Shown: positions 40,114 through 53,913 of the stretch, piece by piece | How the letters are laid out: each line of letters begins with the position of its first letter | Numbering within the stretch: position 1 is the stretch's first letter | Assembly (NCBI RefSeq): GCF_009834535.1 | Contig: NC_045707.1 | Coordinates: 60,638,001 to 60,702,000, forward strand | Reading direction: 5' to 3' | Source of the DNA: Camelus ferus | Taxonomy: Eukaryota | DNA: 64,000 nt | Made by a program: the position numbers and the translations under genes | The notes under the pieces: model-generated | What the model was told of the DNA's origin: nothing | Database searches by the model: none | Seen by the model: only the letters and a program-made list of their open reading frames with translations

Positions 40114-41365
40114 GCTTTATTGAGATATGATTGGCATATAATATTGGGTAAGTTTAAGGTGCACAATGTGATGATTTGGTACATTTATATATTATGAAAT
40201 ATTTACCACAGAAAGATTAGTTAACATATCCCTTACCTCATATAACATTTTGTTGTTGTTGTTGTTGTTATAGTTAAGAACGTTAAAGCTCTACCGTCAT
40301 AGCAACTTTCAAATATAGAATATGGTGTCTTTAATTGTAGTCACCATGCTGTACATTACATCCCCACAACTTATTCATCTTATACCTGGAGTTGTACCCT
40401 TTCACTAACATCTTCCCATTTCTCCTACCCCCTCAGCCCCTGGCAGCCGCCATTCTACTTTCTTTCTATGAGTTCATTGTTTGTAGATTCCACATATAAG
40501 TGAGACCATGCAGGATTTGTCTTTTCTTGTCTGACTTACTTTGCTTAGACCTCAAGGTCCATCCATGTTGTTGCAAATTGGAGGATTTCCTTCTTGTTTA
40601 TGGGCAGAATAATATTCCATTGTACATATATCACACTTTCTTTAACCGTTTGTCTGCTGAGGGACTTTTAGGTGTTTCTATGTCTTAGCTATTGTGAATA
40701 ATACCACAAATGAATGTGGGAGTGCAGACATCTCTTCAAGATCATGATTTCATCTTCTTCACGCAGAAGTGGAATTGCTGGATCATTTGGTCGCTCTGTT
40801 TTAATTTTGGGGAAGCCTTCATTTTTTTTTTTCCATTTCTGCTTTCACCAACAGTTCACCGGAGTTCCCTTTTGTCCATATCCTTGTCAGCGTTCCTTAT
40901 CTCTTGTCTTTTTGGTTATAGTCATTCTAACTGGTGTGAGATGATATCTCATTGTGGTTTTGATTTGCATGTCCCTGATGATTAGTGATGTTGAGCACCT
41001 TTTCATGTACCTGTTGACCATCTGTATATCTTATTGGGGAAATCAAGTCCTCTGCTCATTTTAAATCAGACTGTTTCTCTGCCATTGAGTTGTATGAGTT
41101 CCTTATGTATTTTGGATATTAACCCCTTATCAGACATACAGTTTGCAAATATTTTTTCCCATTCTGTAGGTTGCCTTTTAACATGTTTCTATTTCAGTGC
41201 AGAATCTTTTGAGTTTTACATAGTCCCACTTGTTTGTTTCTGCTTTTGTCTCTTATGCTTTTGGTGTCATATCAAAAAAAAAAATCATTGGCAAGACTGA
41301 TGTCAAGGAGCTTTTTCCTTTTATTTTCTTATAAAAGTTTTATAGTTTCAAGTCTTATGTTTTTC
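40114..41365 (-). mobile_element. L1 3' end (L1MA-like)
   Basis: CTCATTGTGGTTTTGATTTGCATGTCCCTGATGATTAGTGATGTTGAGCACCTTTTCATGT. The 3'UTR resembles the element at 3453-4400. Confidence 0.88.
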
Positions 41366-42834
41366 AGGATTTGTGTGAAGATTAGTCATGATATATGGAA
41401 GCATGCAGAAAATTCCCTGACCTATTTGTTGTATTTAATAAATGATTGTATGTACAACTCTTATTTGGTTTTCCAGATTAAATTTGTAGTTGTACCATCA
41501 GTAGTTATAGAATGCTAAAAGACCAACAGAGTTGAACCTATCAACTCCTAACAAATATTTATAGTCCTTTACAGATTGCTTAAATTAATCTGTGCTACTT
41601 TATCCAGTAACATTTTTGCCTGGTTTTGTATTGCTTTCATAGCCAGTTTTTAACTTGGGTCCATGGTTTGGTGTTTATGGACATGTTCATTCTTCTATAA
41701 CTTATTTATCTCCAGTTTTATTTATCTTGAGAACAGTCTATTAACAACATTAAAGGGTATATTTACCTCAGAGGCCATTTTATTCTCTTTTCACTCAGTC
41801 TTTTGTTGTTTACATATATGCTTCAAATGGTTGTAATTCACCATAGTACCTAAATATTGTATTTTGTATTCTAAAAGAAGTTAGTATATCATAGTTTCTA
41901 TTCCACATTACTTTAGAGTCATCATAACCTTTTTTTAATGGAGTCCTGCTTTTCTGTTGAGAAGACTTCCTGTATTCATAACTATTCTTCTGTTTTTGAG
42001 TTGAATGAAGAGGTATACTATATTGGCCTTAAAATATGCTACTTTGAATTTTCTTTTTCTTTGAGGTAAGTGGGTGGGGAATCAGCTTTTTATAAAGTAC
42101 ATGTTGTTCAAATGCCCTGAATTTTCCTCTTGACTCTATGGATAGCCACTCCATTCTCTATGACCTCTGCCCTTATTCTTTCATCAACTTTAGATTGGGG
42201 AAGGAAGGGATACTTCAGAAATTTCGGAGGAAGAACAAAACAGTAAACTCTCTCCCACTCCTTAAATTTTTCTTCCTCTAGGGAAATAGAAAAATAAGTT
42301 TACGGTTAATTTTTGAGCAGATAATACATATTGACACAGTGGAAATGATAGAATTTCTTAGTGGAAACTCAAGATAGGAACCTGCTATTATTGTAACTAT
42401 TATTGGCCTATGACCTTGTTCATGTACCTTAACCATATCACATTTTTTCAGGTGTTATAGTTTGATTTTATTTAGGCATTCTTTTCTCTTTTAAAACTTT
42501 AAGAGTTCTAGAATTACATAATTTATGAGCATTCCTTAAGAAGCAGTAAACTTATAGGTCAGTTACTTAAAAGATATGACCTATTATTAGGAAAGGCAGG
42601 GTTATTTGCTCACAAATAAGACACGAAATCATCAGGCTTAAGTGATTCAGTGTGAATAACTAGTGCATGATGGGAAGGGATCACAATGCCACCATGATGG
42701 ATTTATGTCTAAACAGAACCAGACAAATTCATCTTCCAGGAAAGCTGGTATATCTTAAATATGATCTCTAATTAATTATGGTATTTCTAAATGGGAAAAC
42801 CATACATCACTTTTCCCCCTAAATTAAAAAAAAA

Positions 42835-43440
42835 TTGGTAAAATACTCATAATAAATGTACTATCTTAACCATTTTCAGGTTTAGTTAAGTATATCCATA
42901 TTGTGCAACCGTCACCACTATGTATCTCCAGGATTCTCTTCTTGCAAAAATGAAATTCTGTACTCATTAAACAATAACTCCCTATTTCCAATTCCCCCAG
43001 CTTGTGGCAACCACCGTTCTACTTTGTCTCTTTGATTTTTGACTTCTCGAGACACCTCATAGAAGTGAAATCACACAGTTTTGGGTGGGGCAGTTTGTTT
43101 GACGACTGGCTTTTTTCATTTAGCATAATGTCCTCAAGGTTCACATGTGTCATAAATTTCTTCCTTTTTAAAACTGAATAATATTCCATTGTATGTCCAT
43201 TCATATATCAGTGGACACTACCATGTTTTAGCTGTTGTAAATAATGCTGCTGTGAATATGGGTGTGCAGGTATCTTTCCAAGGCCCTACTTTCAGTTATT
43301 TTGGGTATATACCCAGAAGTGGAATTGCAAGATCATGTGGTAATTCTGTTTTAATTTTTTGATGATCCACCCTACTGTTTTCCACTAGTGTTTGTGTTGC
43401 ATTCCCACCAACAGTGCACAAAGGTTCCAGTTTCTCCGTG
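42835..43440 (-). mobile_element. L1MB-like 3' end
   Basis: TTGGGTATATACCCAGAAGTGGAATTGC and GCATTCCCACCAACAGTGCACAAAGGTTCC. Confidence 0.82.
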
Positions 43441-44959
43441 TTTGATACACACCACTTTTTAATGCACTTGTTTCAGTAGTCAGAGATACTAGTCTTGTTA
43501 TTTACACTCCTTTACAGTCATAACATGTTTGCATAATTAGGAGTTGAGTTTTGGCTCCTGTGAAAACGCAAGGTGTGTGTTATGAAAAGTTGAGGATATT
43601 ATCATTCACACGATGTTAAGTGCTGAGTTAGTGGGTGTAAGAAAGATTTTGACCTTGTTGTTGGATTCTTAGAGTATAAGAAATGCTTTTAAGAAGAAAA
43701 TGGCAGTTAAGTAAGGTGACAGAAAGAAATATTTTGCTCCAACACAAAGAAATATTTCTATCCACCACAGTCTTTTGGAGAGCTTTCTTGTCCTAGAACA
43801 GAGCAACATCAAAATTTTACCTGCTTTCATTGCTTCTCTTCCACTTTACATTATAATGACTAGGAGAAGCAGCTACTGAATGAACCTTGGTTCACCGATA
43901 GTTTATTTTCATTTCTTAAAAAGGCATAATTAAATAGCATGTTTAAGTATGGTTTTTAAAATCCAAAATACACAAACTTGAATGAAATATACTATTCTTA
44001 CATTGACTTAATTTTTTTCTTCCATCCTCTCATACCTCCTCCTCAGTCATCTCATTATCACTGATGTTATATATCAGCTATGCAATATGTAGTGCTAATA
44101 GAAATATTGAAAAATATATGACTGGTCTCCTGCCTTAGGGCTTATGCATGTTCTCTTCTTGGATTGTGTTTCATTGCCTTTCTTTATTTAGCGAACTACT
44201 ACTCATCCTTTAGGTCTCAATTTAAAGCATCATTTCCCATGAGAAGCTTCCCATGACCTCATGAGGTGATGGACCATGTGTGTTTTGTGAACTTTGATTC
44301 TCCAGAAGGTAGCATAATGCCTGATACATATCAGGCACTCATTAATTTGTGTAAATTGGTTGTCATCATGATCTAAATGGGGAAGGCAGGTGGGTAAACA
44401 AATATTTAAAAATACAGTGTGATCAGTTCTGTAGTAGAAACATTTTGCATAGAGGAGGAAACAACTCTTCACGGAAGGAGAAATGAAGTCTATTTGTTGT
44501 AATCTGTTCCTTTTTAGAACTGGTGTGATATGAGAATGTATTTTTCCAGTTCATTCATTCATTTAAGGACCATTTGGTTTATCTGTTTATGCCAGGAAGT
44601 TCATAACAAAGATTTTCCAAACAAATTTTCCATATTTTGGGTCTTGCAGCCTTTTGTTCAAAGTTGTTGTCGCTGAGATGTTTTATAGGATGGTGTGTGG
44701 GAGGTAGGGGAGGGGGAAACTGTGATTCTTGTTTCTGGTGGTTTTTATTAAACTAATAAGCTCCTTGTATATCATTTTGATTGTTTCAGTTCTTGAAGCC
44801 AAATATTTGAAATTTAGCATTGTCATCTATCTTAGCAAATATGACCTGTTTGTACTGTATATACAATGATAAAAGATACTAATTACCATTTTTAAAACAA
44901 TTGGTGTACCAGGTGATAGAAAAATATAAATGAATGAATACATTAATAAATAGATAATA

Positions 44960-45800
44960 TTTCTTTGTTGGAAAGTTTTTATTATGGATTCAATAGGACT
45001 ATTTTGATTTTCTGTTTCTTCTTGCAGAAGTTTCAGTAAGTTGAACTTTTCTAAGAATTTGTCCATATAAATTTTCAAATTTGTTGGTATAGAGGTATTT
45101 ATAATTTCCTTTTAGGATTTTTTCAATGTTTGGAGGATTTATTGTGATGTCTTTTATCAGTGATAATATTGGCTACTTCTGCGTTTTTTTTTTTCCCTTG
45201 TGTAGTCTTATCTAGCATTCATTAATTTTATTCTTTCCAAAGAATTTTTAACTGTTGATTTTCTTTTTTGTATTTTAGTTTTCCCTGTCATTTATTTCTG
45301 CTCTTTTTTCTTTTCTTTACTTTCTTAGGTTTAATTTGCTCCTCTTTCACATTTTTTTGAAAGAGATGATTAGTTCTTTAGTTTTCAAACTTTTATAGCT
45401 GTAACTTTTCTCCGTATATCTCAAGTTTTGATAAATAGTGTTTTTATTATCATTTAGTTAAAAATTTAATTTTCCTTCTTGCTTCCTAATTGCCACTGTG
45501 ATTACTTCTTTAATTCATCGGTTGTTTAGAGGTGTATTTCTAAATTTCAAAATACATAGAGATTTTCTAGTTATCTTTTTGTTGGTGATTTCTAGCTTAA
45601 TTGCATTGTGGTCAGAGATCAGTCTGTATGTTTTCAGCCTTTTGTAAGTTATTTGAGACTTGCTTTTTAGCCCAGCATATACTCGAATTTGGAAATATGT
45701 ATATTTGAAAAGAATACATTACAGTTGTTGTGTGCAGTGAAATTTATAGGTGAGTTATTCAAGTTTTTAAATCCATTGTTGCAAAGCTTCTATATTCCTT
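44960..45800 (-). mobile_element. L1M ORF2-region fragment
   Basis: Minus-strand track ORF MDKFLEKFNLLKLLQEETENQNSPI is L1 ORF2-like. Also ATTGCATTGTGGTCAGAGA. Confidence 0.75.
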
Positions 45801-47189
45801 GATTTGATTTGATTTTTTCAGTACTTAAGTTGTCCCTTCTTTGGCTCTTGGTAGCCCCTTCAAGTTGGCTCCTGAGTCTTTATTATATTACTCTAATAGT
45901 TTTTGATAGCTTTTTTGCTCTCTGGAATACAAGATCTAGGCTTATCTTGTATATTTGTTGTCTTAGATTTGGAATATGCCATTTCTTCAAGAAGCCCTGG
46001 TGTCTTAATGAGAAATGTTATTTAGAGATCACAGACTGGGTGCTGGGGTCTAATTGCTGCTGGGTTGGTTATTGTTTCTATGGGCTAGTTTGCTATTTCT
46101 TTTAAAACACATGGAGCTACATAGTTTACTTTGGAATGATTTTTTTTCTTCTCTTAAGGTTTTAAAAGTATGAAGGCATAGTAAAACCTTACTTAGTGCA
46201 GCTCTCTGTAGGTTGGCTTGATGATCTTTAAGGAAACTTTTATAACTTCAAGTGAATTATGTTCTATTCAGTAATAAATAATTTCCTCTCTGTTTCCAAC
46301 TCTGCAAAATGTCCAGTGTTTTATATATATGATAGAATCTTGCTGTAACCAAAGTTTATTTTCAAACTTGGAAATTACTTTTCTAATCCATTCCTTTTCC
46401 ACATGCATTTTTTTAAAAAAATCATAATCTGTATAGTAATTTGATATTACTTTAGTTCTTTCTTACTTTTTTTTTGTAGAATTATATATCCATTGGAAGA
46501 TAATGTAAACTAGTTTTGTTTGTGATTAACTCTAAAAAGCAAAAAACGAATCTAAAAAAGTATAAACCTAAATTTACAATAGACTGCATAAGAAAGCCCT
46601 TTAGATTATAAATATTTATGAAAGATTCTGTATTAATTAATAGTTAGGTTTATTTATATATTTTATTTCTGGTAGTTAATTTTTTTTTTAATGTAAAGGG
46701 ACTTTGCAAGGGTTTTGTGGGGGATACTCTAAGTCTACCACCTCCAGAAGTCTGGGTTTAATATCCTTATGTGATGCTGAAGATAATATCATGCAATCCC
46801 TTTGTCATAAGGCTCATTATGTAGTAGCATACTAGTCAGTAATTTTGCTTTCTTTCAGCTAGGACAGGAATGATGTTTTATTTTCCATGTGTCCAAAATC
46901 TAGAACAGTGCCTCCTATGTGACAGGAGGTAAATAAATATTTGATGAATGTGTTTTGAGCCCTACAAATGACATATAACTGATGGTGAAGTAACAGTAGA
47001 TATTAGGGGTTGATAAACCATAAATTTTATAAATTACATTTATATTAGTGGTTAGTTCAGAGATAATGAGAAATGGGATCTGTTTTGTAACTTGACAGAA
47101 ATTTGGTAGTAATGATTTCCTGATTTTCACTGCACTTAGACTAACACTGTGGTTTTCCTTCTGGGCAAAGTGCTTACAGTATCATTTTG

Positions 47190-47897
47190 GCTGGACTCTG
47201 TGTATTCAGACACCAGTCACAAGTCCATGTTGTTACCTGTACTTCTGACTGACTGGCTGTAAATCAGAGGTTCCCAGGACCCCATCCTTGGGTTTGATTA
47301 ATTTGCTAGAATGGCTCACAGAACTCTGTTTATCACTAGATTAGTGATATTTTATGGATATTAAAGGATACGAATCCCAGCCGGATGAAGAGATACATAG
47401 GGCAAAGTCCTTGACAAAGGAGATTTTTCTGTCCTTGTGGAGTTTGGGGCTCAGCATGATGGCATTGGCAAGAGGCTGGTTCCCAGATGTGGAAACTTGC
47501 TGGGAAAAAAGGGGACCCTAAAGCTGCCCTTTTGGGTTTTTTTGGAGGCTTTATTACATAGTCATGATTGGGTAAATCTTTGGCCAATGGTGACTGATTC
47601 AACTTCAAGCCCCTCTCTTCTCTCTGGAAATCAGGGGTAGAACTGAAAGTTCCAAACTTGTCATCATGTGGTTCTGGCAGCTAGTCCCTACACTTGTGCG
47701 GGATCCAAAAGTTACCTTCCCTGAAGAGTTTTCAGGAACTGAGAACAAGATACCAAGTATCATCCCATTAAAATTTGAAGGGTTTTGGGAGCTGTTGAGC
47801 CAGGAATTGTGGATGAAGACCAAATACACCTGAAATGTATACGTTTGGTCACCTGAAAGACCAAATTTACATATTTCTTATAAATCACAGTATCACC
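47190..47897 (-). mobile_element. MER21-like LTR
   Basis: TACTTCTGACTGACTGGCTGTAAATCAGAGGTTCCC...TAATTTGCTAGAATGGCTCACAGAACTC, ending TTTCTTATAAATCACAGTATCAC (reverse complement of a MER21-type start). Confidence 0.7.
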
Positions 47898-49854
47898 GCT
47901 GTCTGCATATATGTCTATATATGTACAAAATAGCACATCTAGTTGAAGTACTTAATGAATTTGCCAAATCAGAGATGTAAAAAATATTTGGACACCTTTC
48001 TAGTTATAATTTAAGTAATTCATTGGGCTTTAATGTATTGTCAAGCAGTCCTTAGATAAATGCAAACTAGATTATAATAATGTTGTAAAATAGACACATA
48101 CAGGCACAATGTGTTTATGAAGTAAGGTACTTTTAATGAGGGTTTTTTTGGGGAGAGAACAGTGCTTGGGAGTACCTACATATCTACATACTTCAGAGAA
48201 ATCTTGGTAAGGGAGGTCTAGATTTTTTTTTCCTCTCTTTCACCTTTATATCCTTAAGTAATTTGCTATGCCTTTCCCTCTTCTAGGAGCTGGTCTGACT
48301 ACTTTAGCCTGTTTCTTCTGTCTCCCTGATCACATGTCTTCCTCATCCACCTCCTAGTGGGATAATTTGCCCTGCACATTACTATATGTCTTTCCCATGG
48401 CCCATTCCAGCTTTTTGCTTGCTTCCCAGTCTTCTGTTACCATCATCATCATCATCATTGTTGTTATTATTTTTAGAAGGAAAAAATTTCAATCATAGGT
48501 GCCAAAATATTAATATGCTTTATGATAGATACATACTACGCTATTTTACAATAATTTTGATGAAAGCCATTTGGATAGACAGACTGCTTTAATAAAGCAG
48601 TGTGTATATGTGTATGTGTATATGTATGTATTTTTCCCCCCAAAGTTCTTATGAGTAGGATGTTGGTGCTAGCTTGTTTTTTGGAACCTGTCACATTTGT
48701 ATTATTAATTTCTCATTATATTAGGCTTTCCTCTAGGGTTTAATATAGTGTAAATACTGTAGATTAGTTCAGACTAGCTAGACCAAATTACTCTTATTTG
48801 CAATCTGATTTTTTAATCAAATTGGCAGCAAGTAAGTTTACAATTATTGCATTTAATCCTAGTTTCCAGTAATAAGAATGTAGTATTATTCTTTAGAACT
48901 ATGGTGTGTTCATTGGTAGGTATTTGTGCTTTTGAGAATCCTTGTTTTTGTAACTTATGCATTTAACAAAACAAAACAAAAAACTTCTGGGGTAGCCTGT
49001 GAAATAGGAAGCCACCAACTAATCATACACAACTTGTAACTGCCTTCAGATAAGGCCGCCATCATTCAATACAGCATCATGAGGTTGTTATGATTAAATG
49101 ACATGTGTTAAAGCTATTAACCTTGCTTGGTAGATGCTCCTTTCTTCCCTCTCTGACTGAAATTCAAGCCCCAAGTAGGGAAGATTTTCTTAAAAATTCT
49201 TTCTCTAGGAACTTTGTTAATTTAAGTGTAGACCAGGAGGCATCAACTAGTTCCCCCAAACAATGTCTAGAGTGCTGATAACAAAAGGAACAAAAGAGGG
49301 AACATAGTCTTCTTTCAACTTTGAATTCAGCTAGTAATTATGTTTAAATTAGGATGCAGGCCCAGCCTTAGCTTGGCAATTTGGAGAAAGGAGTCTTCAG
49401 GATTGTGATGCACTGTACTCTTTTATAAAAAGCTATTAGACATTCTCTTTGGTTATAGAAGCAACACATATTCTTTTCAAAAAGTTAAATAGGAGACTGC
49501 CTTTCTTCTCTTCAGGCCTCCTCCCTAGGGCCTAATACCATTAAGTGTGTGTTTAATTACTGTTTTAACTTTAAAAAATATACTTTTCTATTCCCAGATT
49601 TATTATCATTTAATCGTCTTTTGCTTTAAACTCCAAAAGACGGGGAAATTAGTATGCTTATACTTGGAACTTCCAGTCAGTCACTCTCTCCCTCTAGGAT
49701 TTTTTGTTACATTTTTAGTTCCAGGCTTTGGCTTCAAAGAAGATACTAGAAACTTGTTTCTTGACATATTAGTAGTGTCTTATCTTAACTCCTTATTTTC
49801 AACAGTGAGGAATTTAGGGCACTTATCTTTCTTTTCCTGCTTCCTTTTAAAAAT

Positions 49855-50505
49855 TAAAAAATTTTATTGGAGTATAGGTGATTTACAATATTATATTAGT
49901 TTCAGGTGTACAGCATAGTGATTCAGTATTTCTACAAATTATACTCCACTATAGGTTATTACAAAATAATGGCTATAATTCTCCATGTGATACAGTATAT
50001 CCTTCTTGTGTATCAATTTTATACATAGTACTTTGTATCTGTTAATCCTATACCCCTGATTTGTCCCTCCTCCCTTCACTCTCTCCTTTGGTAGCCATGA
50101 GTTGTTTTTTATATCTGTGAGTCTGTTTCTGTTTTGCATAAACATTCATTTGTATTATTTTTTAGATTCCACCTATAAGGATACCATACAGTATTTGTCT
50201 TTGTCTTTCTGACTGATTTCAATAAGCATAATGTTCTCTAGGTCCATCCACATTGCTGCAAATGGCAGGATTTTATCCTTTTTGTGGCTGAGTAGTATTC
50301 TATTGTATATATATGCCACACCTTCTTAATCCAGTTATCTATTGATGGACACTTGGTTTGCTTCCATATCTTGGCTATTGTAAGTAGTGCTGCTGTGAAC
50401 ATTGGGGTACATGTATCTCTTCAAATTAGTGTTTTCCTTTTTCCCAAGTGTACACCCAGGGGTGGAATTGCTGGATCATATGATAGTTCTATTTTTAGTT
50501 TTTTG
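49855..50505 (-). mobile_element. L1 3' end (artiodactyl/camelid type)
   Basis: TTAGTTTCAGGTGTACAGCATAGTGATTCAG...GGTGGAATTGCTGGATCATATGATAGTTCTATTTTTAG. The 3'UTR is related to the copy at 37561. Confidence 0.88.
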
Positions 50506-50956
50506 AAAACTGTTCTCTTTTAAAAATTAATCATGTTATGATTTGATTTTTACTCTGTGTTTGTATTTTTTGTTTTTTTATTTGTTTATTTTCATATTCC
50601 AGTGTGATTTATTCCAGAAATGCAATACCAACATAGGGAACTGGCAGGGGAACATTTGGTGATTACTGTAAAACCTCATGTCTGTCAAAGTCCACACGTC
50701 TGTTGATTGCATTCAGAAGAATGGCCTTTTTCTGTATCTCTTCTGCCTTCCAAATACTGTGCAAATGCATTGCAGTGGCTGAATGTAAATCACATACAGA
50801 ATCCCAGGGGCAAAAGATGTTTGCAAAATAAAATTTTCATACTCCTAGCTTCTGTGACACAGAGGAGAGCACAGAAGGTGATGGCTATGAATGATAAGAT
50901 AAATACATCTGTCTCTATATTTATTTGGGTAAGATATGAATACACACATACATATT

Positions 50957-51392
50957 GTATTAATCAAGGTTCTCCAGAGAAACAGAACCAATAGGGTATA
51001 TGCATATACAGAGAGAGAGGAGAAGAAAAAGAGGGATTTATTTTAAGAAATTGACTCATGTGATTGTGTGGGCTGGCAAGCCTGGAATTTGCAGGACAGG
51101 CTGACAAGCTGGAAACCTAGAGAAGAGTGATACTGAAGTCTTGAGTCCAAAGGCAGTCTAGAGGCAGAATTCCTTCTTTGGAGGACTTCAGTCTTTTTCT
51201 CTTAAGGCTTTCATCTGATTGTTGAAGCTCATTTACTTTGTGGATGATAATCTGCTTTAGTCAAATTCTTTTGATTTACACATTAATAACATCTGAAAAA
51301 TACCTTCACAGCAACATCTAGACTGATGTGTTTGTCCAAACAACTGAGTACCATAGCTTGGCTAAGTTGACATACAAAGTTAACCATTATAG
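50957..51392 (-). mobile_element. MLT2 LTR (3' LTR of a decayed ERVL provirus)
   Basis: Starts GTATTAATCAAGGTTCTCCAGAGAAACAGAACCAATAGG and ends GTTGACATACAAAGTTAACCATTATA. Followed by GTCCACCCCTTG, a polypurine tract on the minus strand. Confidence 0.85.
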
Positions 51393-51439
51393 TCCACCCC
51401 TTGTCAAGTTGGCACCCTTACACATTTCCTTAACCCTAC

Positions 51440-51828
51440 TATTTTGGGCTGAATTATGTCTCCCCAAAATTCATATTTTATAGTTCTAACCCCCAGTACC
51501 TCTGAAAATAACTATGTTTGGAGATAGAGTCTTTAAAGAGATAGTTAAATTCAATTGGGATCATTAAGTTGGGTCCTGATTCAGTATTACTGATGACCTT
51601 ATAAGAGGAGGAAATTTGGACACAGACATGTATAGAAGGAAGACTGTGTGAAGACAAAAGGAGAAGACAGCCATCTAAAAGCCAGGGAGAGAGGCCTTAG
51701 AAGAAACCAGCCCTGCTGACACCTTATCTCAGATGTTTAGCCTCCAGAATTATGAGAAAATAGATTTCTGTGGTTTAAACCACTAGGTCTGTGATGCTTT
51801 CTTATGGCAGCCTTAGCAAACTAGTACA
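51440..51828 (+). mobile_element. MLT1A/B LTR nested in the ERVL
   Basis: GGGCTGAATTATGTCTCCCCAAAATTCATAT...CCCTGCTGACACCTT...TTATGGCAGCCTTAGCAAACTAGTACA. Confidence 0.85.
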
Positions 51829-52355
51829 GTATTTAATCTCCAAATAAAGAGAGATTCCACCTAATGTGACACAACTATTCTACATACAATGCACTAACTC
51901 TTTCCCCAAAAGGGAATGCAAAGTCTTTGGGCAATGTTCACTCTTCTTGATATCTTATAATTTAAACATTGATGAAAACTTAACAGTGATTAAATACTGT
52001 GTTGTAAGGTTAGTATATCTTATGTTATATGACAAGGGAATGAGAGAGGGAAGAAAACAGGTATTTGATAAATACACACACCAACATATTCATAATAAAA
52101 TTAGGAAGAAGAATCCTCATAACAATCATAGTTCTCATTTCTGTAACTGGTCTTGTAGTGGTAGCTGGTATTTATATATGCCTTCTTCCACTACCTGTTC
52201 CATATTCCCTTTGCCCTCAGCAAGCACCTCAGATAGCCATAGTTCTTTACCTAGAGAGGTGACCTAAATCTTTTTTCCATATGTGTTTGGGTCATTAGTA
52301 GTACTACACAGGTTGGGTTATTGTAGCTTTCCATTGATTTTAATCACAAGGCATG

Positions 52356-52412
52356 GTTGACACAACATTGTAAAATGACTAGAACTCAATAAAAAAATGT
52401 TAAAAAAAAAAA
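52356..52412 (+). mobile_element. Ultra-truncated L1 3' tip (57 bp)
   Basis: TTGACACAACATTGTAAAATGACTAGAACTCAATAAA plus poly-A matches the end of the L1 at ~38397-38430. TSD AAGGCATG at 52348-52355 and 52413-52420. Confidence 0.8.
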
Positions 52413-53014
52413 AAGGCATGATAGTACTAAGAGATGCCCTTAGGCATCTCCAGTAACCAGACATATATATATTTTACCACCATTGTGGAATAGTAGTCCA
52501 ATTTACCCTTGGTAATTAGGATCAGTTACCTCAGCCAGTAGAGTAACTCCCTTGTTTCCTACTGATTCAGAGGCATGGAAAGCCCAAAGTGGCCAGGTGG
52601 CAGTCTTAACTTCCAGTTCAGTGGAATCATTGTTGTGTCTCTTGATGGAGGCATTTTCCCCTTTGAAACTAAGACCTCTAGACCAGCAGAGCATAAGGTC
52701 ATGGACAAAGGAAAGAAAAATTTTTGCTAGTGGGTCAATAAAGATAATAGTGATTAATGTCACTCCAATTTCCTTTCTGATTCTTGGACCTGTCGATCTT
52801 GGCTGTGCAAGAAACAGCACCATGTATTGGACCTTCAGAATATATACAGCCCTTTGGAGATACTTGCCTCAGCCCTTCAAGGTATTGCCACTTGGTTGGT
52901 GCTCTGACTGTGTCTTCAAAAGGCCATTCCACTGTTCTGTCGAGCCAGTTGTTTCAGGATGATAGGAGATATGGTAAGGCCAGTGAATTCTGTGACCATT
53001 GGCCCATTGCCACA

Positions 53015-53102
53015 CTTCTTTCTCCTTTTCTCCCTTTCTCCCTTTCTCCCTTCTCCCTTTCCTCCTTCCTTCCTTCCTTCCTCCTTTCTTTCTTTCTTTC
53101 TC

Positions 53103-53185
<83 letters not shown>

Positions 53186-53213
53186 TTTCTTTCTTTCTCT
53201 CTTTCTCTCTTTC
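53015..53213. repeat. ~200-bp polypyrimidine (TTTC)n/(TTCC)n microsatellite
   Basis: Directly visible. Explains the low-complexity FLSF/KERK ORFs. Confidence 0.97.
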
Positions 53214-53913
53214 ATGTGAAATGAGTTCATTGATCAGCAGCAGTGAATAATAGAATAATAGGATGGGTACATAAGGCATTCTGTAAGTTCATGGAGAATA
53301 GTTTTGGCAGAAGCGTTTTTTGCAGGTAAGCAAATCTATACATAGAGTGTCTATTTTAGTAAGAATAAAACACTGCCTCTTTCATGATGGAAGAAGTCCA
53401 GTGTAATCAACCTGTCACCAGGTAGCTGACTGATGCACCTCAGGTAATAGTGCCATATTGGGGACTCAGTGTTGGTCTCTGCTGCTGGCAGATTTGGCAC
53501 TCAGCAATGGCAGTAGCCAGGGTGGTCTTGGTGAATGGAGGTCCATATTGCTGAACCTATGCATAACCTCCATCCCTACCACCATGGCTACTTTGTTCAT
53601 GAGCCCATTGGGCAATGACAGGATTGACTGGGGAGAGAGGTTGACTCATACCCACTGAATGGGTCATCCTTTAGTTTTATTTCAGTGCAGCCTTTTATAC
53701 TTGCAAAAACAAAAGGCATTTGGAACTCCAAGAAATAACTAGAAGTCTACTGATGTCTTGATTTTGGTTTAGTTAGTCAGCTGTTTTCAGGAAGAATTAT
53801 TAGAGAGGTTACTAGTACTTTGTTGGATGTGTTTATTTATATATCTTTGTATGTTTGTATAATTGTGGGATAATTCTTAGCCTTGAAATTGCTGGATTAA
53901 AGTGTATATGTTT

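Larger units (their letters stand above)
51393..53670 (-). mobile_element. ERVL internal remnant (integrase and dUTPase), with nested insertions
   Basis: Minus-strand translations WQWANGHRIHWPYHISYHPETTGSTEQWNGLLKTQ (ERVL integrase) and KGVTLLAEVTDPNYQG (ERVL dUTPase). Disrupted by stops and frameshifts. Confidence 0.85.

Noticed and set aside
52784..53279. Long ORFs rich in F/L/S or K/E/R
   Set aside because: Read-through of the TTTC microsatellite. Only the flanking decayed ERVL integrase part is meaningful.
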